Positions 26,791 to 40,100 of a stretch of DNA of 64,000 nt are shown one piece after another. The first letter of the stretch is position 1, and every line of letters begins with the position of its first letter. The notes beneath the pieces are model-generated. The model did no database searches, was not told the DNA's origin, and saw only the letters and a program-made list of their open reading frames with translations. Origin of the DNA: Camelus ferus (Eukaryota). The position numbers and the translations under genes were made by a program. The stretch covers positions 50,966,001 through 51,030,000 of the forward strand of contig NC_045697.1 of assembly GCF_009834535.1 (NCBI RefSeq), read 5' to 3'.

Positions 26791-27469
26791 ACAAAACACA
26801 AAGTAAATAAAACTGAAATATACTGTTCTGTCTACTAGACAAGATTAAGAAATGATAATATTAAATACTCAACGAATTGCATTGAGATGGGCAATTAAAC
26901 TACTGGTAGAAATACAAATGGATATAATTTTCCTTGAAAGCAGTTTAGTAAATTCAGCCTACAATTCTACTTGTAGGATCTTACATGGAAATAATCAGAT
27001 ATACAAAGACACTATGTAAAGATCATTATTTACTGTGATTAAAGGAAGTAAATAGCCTAATGTTTAAAAATAGAAAAAAAAAAAAAAAGATTAAAGGAAA
27101 GAAACATTTACCCGTAGAGTATTATGCAGCCCTTAGGATTATTGTCTAATAAATTTTAATTATAAAAGTAAATTCTGCTTATGTATCTAGGTAAGAATAT
27201 ATACACAAATATTCAATAATTATCCATAAGATATATAGATATATTTATATGTGTGTGCATAATATCACTTGTACATACACCCTACCAACCAAAACCAAGT
27301 GTGTTTATGTCTGGTTTGTAGAATTATGGGTGATTCATGTTTTGTATTTTTTCTATACTTAACTAAATATTCTATAATGAACATGTATTACTTTTTAAAC
27401 CAGAAAATAGAAAATTTATGATTAAAAGAGGAAAGCAGAAGTGACAGAGTGTGACTTTGGACTAGATCA

Positions 27470-27952
27470 TAAAAGTCCTTGTGTCCTCCTTGCTTGCTCT
27501 CTTGGATTGTCTGCTGTGGGGAAAGCCAACTGCCACATCCAGAGCAGCCTTGGGGAAAGGCCTGTATAACAGCAACTGAGGCCTGCCAAAAGCCAACTAG
27601 AAACTGAGGCTTCCCATCTGTAACTGTGTAAGTGGGCCAGCTGCTAGCCCCAGTCAAGCCTTCAGATGACTGCAGCCTGTCTAATAGCTTGACTGCAACC
27701 TCATGAGAGACCTTGAGCCAGAAAACCCAGCTAAGCTGCTCCTGAATTCCTGACCCTCCCAAAATGTGTGAGATAAGAGATGTTTAAAAGAAGGAGGAGG
27801 AGGAGGAGGAAGAGGAGAAGGGGGAGAAGGAGAAGGAGAAGGAGTGGGAAGAGGAGGATGCGGAGGGAGGAAGAGGAGGAGAAGAAATGTTTGTTATAAC
27901 ATGCTGCTACATTTTAGGATAATTTGTTACACAGCAATAGGTAACTGATATA
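27470..27952 (+). mobile_element. MLT1F-like MaLR LTR interrupted by a GA-rich repeat
   Basis: ccccagtcaagccttcagatgactgcagcc...gactgcaacctcatgagagacc...aatttgttacacagcaataggtaactgata. Confidence 0.8.
27786..27886 (+). repeat. GA-rich low-complexity polypurine tract
   Basis: 59 consecutive purines at 27786-27844, then near-pure purine. Confidence 0.9.
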
Positions 27953-28699
27953 ATTTCTGAGACAAATCTGCTCACTTCAGAGTCATCTTTGCATAATACA
28001 AGAAAATAAACTTTGTCACAAAGCCATTCATCTTTGTTTTAGGTGGTCCAAATATTTCACTACCAGTTACATACTAGTTCAAATTGTAGATAATATGTTA
28101 TATTTATTAATGGTAGAAGATCTGTCACTTCATCTTTGTGTACTTCGCCAAACTTAATATTGTGTCTTGTGTATGGGTTGTGCTCGATAAAAATCAGTTT
28201 GAATAAAGGACTGAATGAGTTAGTGAATCAATGAATAAAAGAATGAGCAAATAAATTATCTGTAATATTTTCATAAAATCCCCTGTATATATCTCCTTTT
28301 TCACAAATCTGATCCAGTTGCTAAATAAATAGAGAATCTTTCGTATAGTTTTCCTTGATATGGTGGTGTATTTTGTTATCTCGAGACTGTATGTACTATT
28401 CAGTTAGGCAGTGCTACTATGGAATTTTGTTTAGGGCTGTTCAGGTTGGCTTCAAGAACTGAAGGGGAAAGAAGTCCATTTGCAAGGCAGTCGATGAAGT
28501 GGAAAAGACGGCAGATGTATCTATTGTATTGAGATATCTACATGTGAAAGGAAAGAAAGGAATAGGATGCAATTCGAGAGGGCAAAACCCCTCAGCAGCA
28601 TCCATTTATCTTTTAAATAACAGCTAACCTATTAGATTGAGCCACTTGAAATTGTCCATGTTTGACCTATAAAGGCAGCATTTTCACATCGTCCAAACT

Positions 28700-28915
28700 A
28701 ACAGCACTTACTACTTGCCAAGCACTATTTAAGTGCCTTACATAGATCAACTCACATAACGTCCATTACACTCCCATGAGAAATTAGTCTTTCAACCCAA
28801 TTTTAAAGCTGAAGAAAGTAAGCTGTGGAGAGGTGAGGAGATTGGTTTTACTCTTTAGTAGAAGAGGGAGGTAGGATTTGAATCTACAGCTTCAGAATCC
28901 ACATTCTTAACCACT
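28700..28915 (-). mobile_element. MIR SINE
   Basis: agcacttactacttgccaagcact...ggatttgaatct...ttcagaatccacattcttaaccact. Confidence 0.6.
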
Positions 28916-29655
28916 AGAATATATATAATACTCTAAACTACACACCCTCCAATGGCATTCTATCTGTGTCTTCATTTATAAAATAGGATTAATAGTACCT
29001 ACTTCACTAGAAGTTGTAGGAGTTATAGGAATAATACGTTTTAAGGCTGACACTTTGCACATAAGAAGTGTGTGATAAATATTAGCTGTTATAACTAAAC
29101 TATAATATGTACCCACCCAGCATCCTAGCCTCGTCTTTCACTGTCTTACTGCCCACAAGTACTTCATTCTTGTCTTAAAACCCACCAAACTGAATCACTG
29201 ACCGTTCACTTTCCACTCTACCACATCTATCTGTTAAAGCCATGCGCATTTTCTAGTTATTGGCCAAGGCCCCTTCCTTCCATAAACTTTGCTGGTCTCT
29301 GTGGCGATGTGTGATCTCACATTCCTGTGTACCTCATTATCAGTTAGCCTCGCTCTGACACTGGAAATGTGAAAGCTGCCCATTATTACAATTCATTATG
29401 TGTTTATATCTTATACAAATTATTTAGTGATCTGGTCATGTCATATTCATATTATTCCCTGCAACACCCAGCACAGTGCATCGAACACAATAGATACTTC
29501 AATGTTTATTAGATTTAATTTGCAATGCACGCATGTTGAAATTACCAGAATGAGAAAAAAGCTGAAATCAAGAGCACTCTAATGAGAATTAAATATTTTC
29601 TCTAATCAAAATCATTTACTTAGCAAGCACTAGAATCACTGCTTATTTTTACTTC

Positions 29656-29658
<3 letters not shown>

Positions 29659-29701
<43 letters not shown>
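29659..29701. repeat. (CA)21 microsatellite
   Basis: Directly visible. Confidence 0.97.
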
Positions 29702-29703
<2 letters not shown>

Positions 29704-29899
29704 TCTGGAAAAATAAATCCAAGTAAGTCCTTTATGTTATTTATGCCAGGGTTTCCAGGGAAAAGACTCCTATGGCAAATCATTACCGAAAGCTCAACTT
29801 ATACACATATTAGAGCCTCTTGATGACAATGTCAGCATCACATATTTAGGGTACAGATGAACGGGAATAGAGTTATGAAAGTAAACTTATTATTTATAT

Positions 29900-30065
29900 A
29901 TTTTTTTCCACATTCTTTTCCATTATGATTTATTACAGGATATTGAATATAGTTCCCTGTGGTATACAGTAGGTCCTTGTTGTTTATTTTATAGTAGTGT
30001 ATATCTATCTGCTAATCCCAAACACCTGATTTATCCCTCCCCCACCCCCTTGCCCCTTTGGTAAC
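29900..30065 (-). mobile_element. L1 3' UTR fragment
   Basis: caggatattgaatatagttccctgtggtatacagtaggtccttgttgttt...cctttggtaac is the reverse complement of an L1 3' end. Confidence 0.85.
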
Positions 30066-30071
30066 TTTATT
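30066..30071 (-). terminator. First AATAAA downstream of the ARG/Albfm1 stop codon (candidate polyA signal)
   Basis: tttatt on + strand, about 440 nt past TAA. Confidence 0.35.
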
Positions 30072-30512
30072 ATAAAACACATTCAGTTCATCAATAATCA
30101 TTTTCAGTAGTGGTATAGATAGAAACCCTAAGTGGCACTTTGGGTCTTTTCACTCTGGAAATCCAGCAGCCAGGTCCCAGGTCAATGTGGCAGCCCATTA
30201 TATCCACCTGAGGGTTTTGAGAGGCCCCTTGATTTCATATTTCTGTTGTTGCTTTTGAGAAGTAGAAAGCTTATGGGGAGAAAGGAGGGATGAAAATGGA
30301 TTGAATGAGTGTTACAATAAGAAGATTTCTCTGCCGAGTAGGAAAGGAGATATTTAGTGCAGAGTAGCTAGTGCTCTTGAGTAACACAGGGGAACAGATG
30401 AAAAATGATGTTGTTGATTCTTCTTTTGAATATTAGATGTGCATTTCATTAGTCATGAGAAACAAAATGCAGTTCTCAGCAAAGATCCTACATGGACATT
30501 TTCTGGTATCAT

Positions 30513-30557
30513 TTAGCCTCCCAAAAGAGACCAGCACTTTTCAATCAGTTTGGACCC
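30513..30557 (-). CDS. Albfm1: ARG/Albfm1 exon 14 coding part: [14 protein letters not shown]
   Basis: ttttttttcag acceptor; 45 nt including TAA, as in albumin exon 14 (GKKLVAASQAALGL*). Confidence 0.9.
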   Translation of the reverse strand, partial: GSKLIEKCWSLLGG

Positions 30558-31132
30558 CTGAAAAAAAAGCAAATAAGGACATCTGTGAGAAAACACCAAA
30601 ACAGCTCTGGTTCCTGAACAGAAAGTCTTTAAGGCTTCCCTGTTGCATGGACTCTGATACACCTGCTTGTCAAGGTCTTAGAATCTCTCACAGGCCTCGT
30701 GCCTTGGCTTAAGGACTTAACTAACCGCAATGCTTCATCTACTTTCAAGACCTCAGGTTTGGAATAAGTAAAAATTTGCTTCCTCCTCACAGAAATATGC
30801 GGCTCTTTTGTTGCAGGGTAAAAACAAACAATCAACACCAGCTTTTTGCTGCATTTTAATACAGCTCTAAGCTAATCCCAGGCCAAATCACCACACATGC
30901 ATGTACAGGAACTCAAGAGGAACATCACCACTAAAACTGATCAGAGTACCTCCACCGCCTTCATGTACACTGGTATAGACCTTGACATCGAGTCCAAGCC
31001 CTTTCCCCAATTTGTACCTGACTGGTCTGGTCTGTATTCAAGTAAAAAGCATTTGTGGAAGCCCAAGCAGATAAAAGCGGAATTTCTAGCTAAATGGGGA
31101 TAGGAACCCTAGAACTCCACTGCTAAGACATG

Positions 31133-31182
<50 letters not shown>

Positions 31183-34100
31183 AGAGATGACTTATACTCC
31201 CAAGAGTCTCTAGGATCCTGTTGAAAAAGGTTAGAAGTCTAGCAATTCAGTTCTTCTTCCCAGTCTCAAACAGCACCACACTTAAATTGTCTAGGAAGAC
31301 TGAAGTCATTTTACTTCTGGAGTTTAGGTATCCTTCCTTCCATGGTAACCCATGACTTTTTACATCAATGTTCATGGGAAAATTTCCAATAAGGCTAACC
31401 TCAAAATTCTCATATTCTACCTTGTTCATTTTCTTCAAACCTAATTATAGTGTAGGAGGTAATATTTCTCCTTATCAGTCCTTCCTGACTTCATTTATTC
31501 CATTATTCCTTGGTAAATTTTTAATGTTATAATAACAAATGCTGGGGTTTGGGGTGGAATTTTCTGGTAAAGATGAGGTAGAAGGAAGGGATCTGAGGAA
31601 TGCCCTGTGTGAAATGAGAAGTGATGATAACTCCACATCTTGAGGCAGGGCCCAAGCAAGATTTTGAAATGTAAAACATGGACTCATATGATGGAATGCA
31701 GAGAAGAGAGAAAAGTAAGAGGAAATATTTTCTTTACACTGAGACCAAATTAGCCACCTTTTGATTCCCTATAATCTTGGACATGTTGGGAGACTGCTAA
31801 CATGTCACCCATCCTAAGACTTTGCAATACACATTACCAGTCTATTTCTCCGTATCTTGTGACAAGCTTTTCAGTTCTTTTTCCATTCTAGATACTGCTG
31901 CATCTAACAGTTTGCCAGCATCCTTTTAAAATGTATCATCTGTCAACTCTTTTAAAATCCCAGTTCAATAACAGCAAAAAATACCAAAAAAGAATAAAGC
32001 CTATTGATGCTAAAAAGGAAAAAAGCCATCATCAATGTAAGAGATATTGGTGAATTTCTGAAAAAGAAAAGCCATTGGGATGATACCAATCAATGTATCA
32101 AAATGCAGACATAGGAGCTCAGAGTAGTACCATGAAGAGATGTGCCAGCAGTAACATACCAGAAAGTCATTGATTTCTAAGCTGCTTTGGTTCTTATCTG
32201 CTGCTCAGACTATTTTTCGAACTTCCTAGAGACTTCTGAAGTCACTACTGTTCTTTCAATGAACTAATTTTTACTTAGGTTTCCCAAAATTTGATCCTAC
32301 TATTTATATACTCTGTAAGTGACTGGTCATATTTTAAGAAGCTATTAAAGTAATGATGGTAATCACCAGGAGTACTAAAAGTGAAAACTTAAAATTGCTT
32401 GCCTTATAGGAATAGGAAATGTACCCCTGTTCCTCTTTTAGAACTTTTGCCTTGCTCATATATTACTTGCATAATTTGTAAAACTTGTATAATGCATCAT
32501 AAGAAATTAAACACAGTATCCCAGAATGACCTGATCCATATGATTGTGATTATCACATTGCTTAATCTGAACCTTGTTTTTTCCCCAGAAGTGCATCCCA
32601 GGATTGCAGTAGCTTTGATAGCAGACCCACCAAGTCGTAAGTATAGGCTACTTAAACCAACAGGTCTTTTCACATGAACTTCTGTCAAGTCACGTCTGAA
32701 AGCAGAACTTAGTGTTTTTGTTGGTAAATTTCATGTACTATTTTCAAAACATCATTTCAACCCTGCCCAAATTTCTGCTAATTCTTGTTAACTTTCTTCT
32801 ATGTTATGTTCTGTTAGCTGATGGATAAATACCTCAGGTTATAATTATCATTCCCTGCTGACCTGGAGGAGAGAATTTTTGTGAGTAGAATTTTCTCCTT
32901 TAAACTGCTGATGCCTACAATTCACATCATTATTTCATGAAATGCGAGATTCGTTTTCTTTGGGAAGTTCAAATTCACTTTGCATGACTGAGTTTCTTAT
33001 TTTATTCCTTCTCTTTTGGTCCATTCTTATTCTTGCCAGCATTCCCACATTTACTTTGGTTCACCTTTTTTCTTCTTAGAACGTTCCTGCATTCTGGTTT
33101 ACCTCTCAAAATATGTCTTCCATCTTGTCTAAAAATGTGTTATGCTCCCACTAGCCACAACTAGAAAGGTAATCTTTAAACCTGCCCACTTTCTCTTTTA
33201 ACAGGCAGAACAGGTTCACATAGTTGACTATTATAATCTCAGAAAGGAAAACAAACAAGATTCCTGTAGATCCCTGGAGCAGTTAGTCTAACTTTGGAAC
33301 ATCTACACACTGCTAATTGGCTAAGTCTCTTCGCTTCTGCTAGTGATGAAATAGTTCAAACCAAGAAGCATTCACACTCAAGAGCAAGAACAGGTTAAGA
33401 AAACTCCCTTAGGAATTCTCAGGCATAGGCCCTCCTGCAAAAGTGCTTATCTGTGTGGATATGAGGTTGTTACTCAGGTAGAGATATATTTTCTGAATGC
33501 TTTACAAAAAGTAAAAAGGCTTTGAAATAAATAAATGGAATAAATAATAAATAAATACACAAAATAAATCTATTTTGTGTATCAGCTGGTCTGGTAGCCT
33601 GTTTTAACTATAGGGGTGCCTTTTATTTTATTTTATTTTATTTTATTTTATTAACTATACACCTGAATTCTTCTACTTAGATACTATTACCTACTGTATA
33701 TCCAAGTTTCTGCCTCTCAAGTCATGTCTCTGGGACAGTGGTCAAACCCAGGTCCCCTCCATGAATTTTCTGTGCTACAGAATAATGGTGAGATTACCAT
33801 GATACTCTGAGAAATTTAAGTCACACAACGTTATCACTCTGTGAAAAATCACTTGCTTGTTAACTATATGCAATTAGGTTAATTACAGAAAACAGTCTCC
33901 TGGTGGTCAGTTTGGTGTGTGTGCACAGATAGACACTTTTTTTCTGGCCATTGTTCTTTTCTGTTTCTATTCTTCTATCGCTATTCTGACGATCTGCCAC
34001 TAAGAAAATGAAATCTTTTTACCTGGTTCCTTAGCTAAGCTCCAAACTACATTTGGTGACTCTTCTTGATTATACTTCCAGAAATTTCTAGAACAAAGCT

Positions 34101-37100
34101 CCAGTTGGCCTATGTGGGTCTTTAAACTGTTAGTGCTTTAAAATTTCTCTATATTTACAATGACCAAAATCTTCAAACCATCCTTCTTCCTCCCACCCCC
34201 AACCCTGAACATCCCAGTCCATCTTGTGTCGTGACTCTTGTGTTCATATATATTTGTGTCTAACATGCCTAGTTCCCTCAAGTGGACATAAATGTTAACA
34301 TATGTTAAAACCAAATATGGTCAATTGCACCAATCCACTTAGACTGATTTTCTCCTAATTCACTCATGATTGGAATGGAGAAGGGTTTTGTTTTTTGTTT
34401 GTTTGTTTGTTTGTTTGTTTTACTTTAATAAACCCTACCAGAGCTAAGAGAATAGACATGGAAACAGGGTTACCTCTTCTTGGAAACACATTTCACTTTT
34501 CTCTGCTTGGCAGCACATCTCCACCAGGTGAGCGAAATCCACAAGAATTGGCTGGAACTGCATCTCTGCTGCACGTAGTTTCTGCTTCACAAGGTTGCTG
34601 AGGAGCCTGAATCAGAAATGAGTGGCAAAGTACAAGCACTCCCTGAGTTCTGGAAGGCCAGCCTGCAAACCTGCCTTACTTATCGAAAGCTGCACACCAC
34701 CCACACATTTGCATAGCTCTCCCTCTTAAGTTTGGAGGCCCTGAAAATGCCCTGATGTTTTCATAGTTTTCACAATGTCTGTCTCCATGTTTTAGTCAAC
34801 ATCTTTTTCTTCAAGCACATCTCATCAACATACTTATTATAGGAGACTTAGTTATCTTCATGTAATTATTACTAGGGTAAACTTTTTTCTATTTTTATTG
34901 CATTGAATGGTACATAGGTTATACAGCAAATTAGTTTTTCCTGTAATATTTTTTTATGAACAACATTTATTCTAACAACTAACTTTCTAAGAAATATTCC
35001 AAGTATAACACACCTGGAAGTTGGGGGCCCCTTATATGTTATTAATGATAAAACCAATGAACTAATTTGAAACTTTAATGGCTTGACAGTCATCTCAGAT
35101 TTCCCTCACAGAATGAGTTTCCCCCACAACTATATGAACATCACTGTTTCAACCACTTTGACTATTCAAAATTGTAGCCTGGCTTCTGTCTATTTAATAA
35201 AATGGTATTCCAAATCTCCCAATGTTGTCTTTATCTCTCTCTCTCTCTCTCTCTCTCTTTGTTTTTACTACTTTATACCAAGAGAGATTTAACTAAAAAG
35301 AAAACAAAGAATGAAGAGTGAGGAAAATGTACATTAATAGATATTATATTTTACTGCTTACTTAAAACCTTTGCTTATTCTTCATTTTCAAACTCATATT
35401 GATAAAACCTGTTGGCCCCATTTGTACTTAAACAGACATAAAAGAAAACATCTCAGACTCTAAGTAGACATTTCTACAACACTCTAAACCAGGGATCCAC
35501 AAATATTTTAGGCTGAGTTGCTTAACTCCTGAACTGAGATGCCAGCCACCCTTTGCTGCCCGGCAGTGGCCAACAGTGAAACCCCCAGCAGGTATGTGGC
35601 ACCAGCACCTACACTGGACAGAGTGAGCTGGGTCACAGACAGGGCAGGCAGGGGCTGGTAGGGAAGCCAGGGACAGCAGAGGCGCAAACACAGCCCTCTG
35701 CAAATCCCAGGCCCGGCCTATTCAAGCAATGCTCACAAGACCTGCCTAAGCAGCCCTGGCCACATGGACATAGAGTCCTGATCCCATCTAAACAATGAAA
35801 AATACATCCAGCACCATCTGCCAAAGAAAAAGAATATTAAAAGGAATATAGACGTATATATTTACATTTAACCGAATCATTATGCTGTATATCAGAAATT
35901 AACACAACATTGTCAATCAACTATACTTAAAAGAAAAAAATATATATCCAGTAACACTGTAGCCCCTGGACATGCCTCTCTGAACTTCCCATTTCAGCTC
36001 CACCTTCTCCCACCCCCACGCCAACCCTGCCTTGAGGATGGACAAAGCAGAAGCAGCAGCGTGACTAAAAAGAATAAGGAAGCAGAAGCCAATTTTTTTT
36101 TTCTAGAAACTACCACAACGATGAGGCGGGTTTGAGAAGCTTGTAGTCACTGTATCCTCTGAGCACTAGCAAGACAGAGTCAAAGAAGCTAAAAGATTTT
36201 AATTAACTCCACATTTGCCCCTAATTCTAAGTCCTGGGAATCTAGAAGAATATCAGAAAGGAGACAAAGACAAATGTACAAAAACATTCGTTGTCATCAT
36301 TTATGATAGTTAGAAATTGAAGACAAGTCTCATGCCCAGCAATATGGAGAGGTTAAATTCGCTGTGGTACCCATAGAATGGAATAGTAGAGAGCAATTAA
36401 AATGCTGTTTCAAAGAATAATTAGTGACAAAAATGCATATATTATAATTTTAAAACTACATTAAAAATAATGATAACAGCCAACATCTTTTGAGTATGTT
36501 GATATGTACTATGTTTCAGACAATGTGCTGATAATTTATAAATGTTACCTCATGCAATGGTCTCTGTTACCTCTTTAACAAGGCTCTATGTCATCTCCAC
36601 TTTGCATTTGTAACAGTGGTTTCAACTCCTTGAAAATAATATAAATCTGGGTGTACATTACAAGCCAGTGAGGGGAGCCTCTCTCCCGGAAGGCAGGAGG
36701 ATTGGGAACTATTTGTGAGAATTCATCCTGAGACAAGAAGGGTCACAGATTTCCACTCAGTAAGAAAGACCTGGTCACTGGAAGACGGGAGTAACTCAGT
36801 GGTTCCCCAGCTGGGCCTCCATTGCTCATTTCTGAGCTATAGGGCATCAGGATAATTCTTAGAAAGAGGGCTGTAAGAGTACTTTCATTCAAGTCCTGCA
36901 CACCACGGACACAAGCAGCACTGCCACGGCACCTGCCAAACGTGCACCATCCTGGGACTTGGGGGAAGGTATTATTTTTTCTTACAACAAAACATAAAGC
37001 AGCTTTGTCATTTCAAGGGACAACAGGAGACAACAGTACCTGGAGGGCATGGCTGTTCCCAGGGGCACACGAGTGATGCCAGGCAAAGCACACGGGAGAA

Positions 37101-40100
37101 TCCCTGGTGGGTGGGAGGGGGCAGAGAGTTTCGTAAGCTCATCCCTGAGGATTCTGGGGACAACTGCTGGCACTGAAATTTTGTATCATCAGGTAGTATC
37201 AAGAGTGTGCCAAACTTGCATTATTACATATTAGAACCGCAGTCTGATGGACGGGGCAATTGTGGGAGTGTGCACTTGGGTACATACCTGACACTGTTTA
37301 TTCCTTACTATGCATATAGTTATAATGAGTATCTCTGCAGTGTTAGAATAAAAGCGTTATGATTTTCTTCTCTCTCCTGTATTTTCAAAATGTTCTGCAA
37401 TGGTTATGTGTTACTTTAAAAATAAAATGAATCAATCTTTTAAAAAGAAATAAAATAGGATAAGCACTCTATTTCTTAATCCAACTATGCTGTACACATT
37501 CAATCTTCCAGTTAGATTTAAATTTAAATCCCACTTGAAAGAAAACACTGTACTTGCTTTTGTCTCTATATAATTCAAGTGTGTATGGTTATGTCTGATA
37601 TATAGTCAAAACAGTTGATATTATCTTTGAATAATAATTATCAATTTTTAACAAATTAATTATTCAAAGTGAGAAATACAGGCTACTTCCCATCAGAATT
37701 TTGGTGGATTTCTGTCTCAGAATATATTTTTCTACAAAAACAGCACAGGGTAGCTTCAGGCGCAGGTTATGGAAACTAATAATCATGAGCAGCTACACAG
37801 TGAGATTACCCGACTTCCCAGCACCCACTGGGGCTTCCGTGGTCTGACTTAGGGGATTCAGCACCAAAAGTGGCCCAAGCTGGTACAGGAGGTGGGCAAG
37901 GTTGCTGTCAGTTCATGCAAAATCTGGGCTTCCCTTCCAACGTCATACAGAGGGCACAGACTTTTAAGTCAAACTTACTTTGGCTCAAGTTATGTCCTCC
38001 ATTCACTAACTTGTTTGTGTGATGGTAGGTGAGATACTGAACCTCTCTGATCCTCATCCTTAAAAGGAAAATTTAAACACCTACATTGCAAGGCTTTTGT
38101 GAGGACCAAAAACAATACTATATTAAAAGGCTGAGTATAGTAACTAGCATACTGAAGACAATAAATAGTGGCAAAGAAAATATGAATAATTAAATTATTT
38201 CATCAGATTATAACAAAGATAATGAATAATTATAATAATAGCCCAACTTGGAGCTTGCTTCCATTTCAAATTATTGGTTGCTCCTACCCATGGTCTCCCT
38301 TCTCCTTGACCTCCACAATAAATGGTGCATTGTCACAGCTTTTTTCCTACTTATTCATTTATTCATTCAACAACTAACTGATAAGCATTTTTATAATTTC
38401 CATAAGGATTTGAGCTGTCAATTTAACAATAATAGAGAAACCTAAAGGAGGAGGTGGGAAGGCTCCCTCATATATATTCTTCTCATTTCTCACAAGCTTT
38501 GGGATGCCACGTGCCTTCTTGGCTTGGCCCCTCCCAAGCCCTCTAGTCTCGCCCAAGAGTTTCTCTCCCCTCTCTCACCGAAGCCTCAGTCACAAGAACT
38601 GCTTTCCTCTGTCCTGCTGGGTCAGCTGGTTTCTGAATGCACTTCCCCAGAGGGACCAGTAGAGGGGAGACGAGCATGACTGCTGAGTTTCCAGATCAGC
38701 CAGCATTTGCTTATTTAAACAAGGAGAAACACTCCCATTGTATTGAGATAGGCAAGGGAAAAAAAAAAAAAAAGGTTCCCATTATGAGAAGGCAGGTCTG
38801 GGAATGAGATTCAAAACAAGGATTCCAGCATGCCATGTTACTTCTCCTTGACACTCCAGACTTAAAGGCTACTTTTTCTACAACTGGGGACTCTGCTACT
38901 TGGAAGCTGGACCCCCTGCCACAACAATAACTTGTCACATACTTATGATCTGAGTTACCTCTCCTGCTCGTATCCTCCCTCCTCCACCCTGATCTCTCTA
39001 CCTATCAACCTGACTGCTATTTTAAGGTATTTTCCCTAATTCTATTTATATTTTTCCTAATTCTATGTAGTTTTACATTTTTAATTTACCTTTTCAAATC
39101 TTAAGTCCTATTTTTAATACTCAATACCATGAAGTTGTTTTCAGGTTTTCATTTCTATGATATTAATCTTTCCTTTTCATTACATTTATCCACCATTTCA
39201 TTTAAAGCACATTCTGGTCTTTATATTGTCTTAAATCTTAACATTTCAACTCAGTATTTTTCTTAATTGGATTTTAAATCCTTTTCCTTTGAACTTCTAT
39301 TTTCTTTTTATTTTCTCTACCTTATTCCATAACTTTATTTCTACCTTCTCTTTGTAATCCTGCTGAATTGTATTCTTCCCCTCTCGGAGCCCCTTCACTA
39401 GTTTTTTTTTTTCCTTTGTGTGTGTGTTGATTTATGCTATGATGGTCCACCAGCTCTATACAGGGGTGAAAGGCATGGAGAGAGCCCCTACCACTGTCCC
39501 AGAAAGTTGATGGGTTTTCTCAAATGTGGCCTTTGACTCCCTGTATGTACGCTCCCGGAATATTCCAGAAATCTCTACATTAGCTGTCTCTTTGCCACTG
39601 TTTTCTCCATACAAAAAACACAGTGAAGTCAGCAGAACAAGGCCACTTCCTAATATTTCACACTTTTTTATAATCTAGCCCTTATGTGAAGAGTTCCTCA
39701 TGTTTTAAAAATTATAAGCAGCATTATAATTCCTTGATGAGGGCACACTAACAACTCCATGTTGGTAATTAAGCACATGTGCTTTGAGCCAGATGGCCTG
39801 GGTGCAGCTTCCAGCTCAACAACCTATTGACCTGCTCCATGATCTCACACCAGGTCTTCCTGCCTTCTTGGCCTCAGTGTCCTCATGATGAAAATGGGGT
39901 CATAATATTACCGACCTCATAAATCTGAGGTAAGGATTTGACATACATGAAGGCTACCTATCCATGCCAGAGGATTTCCTCAAGAGAAAGCAAAGCCTGA
40001 ACTCTAGAGGTAAGATTGACTTCTTCCTCCTTATATTCTCACAGCAAGCCTGGCCTAAGAAAGAATGGCTAACTAAGTGTTACAGTGGTCTTTGGATACT

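Noticed and set aside
25905..26842. Cluster of overlapping 64-108 aa ORFs on both strands
   Set aside because: Expected from a GC-rich LTR; no recognisable homology or splice structure
34023..34087. 65-nt AG/GT-bounded segment considered as exon 14
   Set aside because: Early stop and no homology; the homologous exon 14 is at 30513-30557
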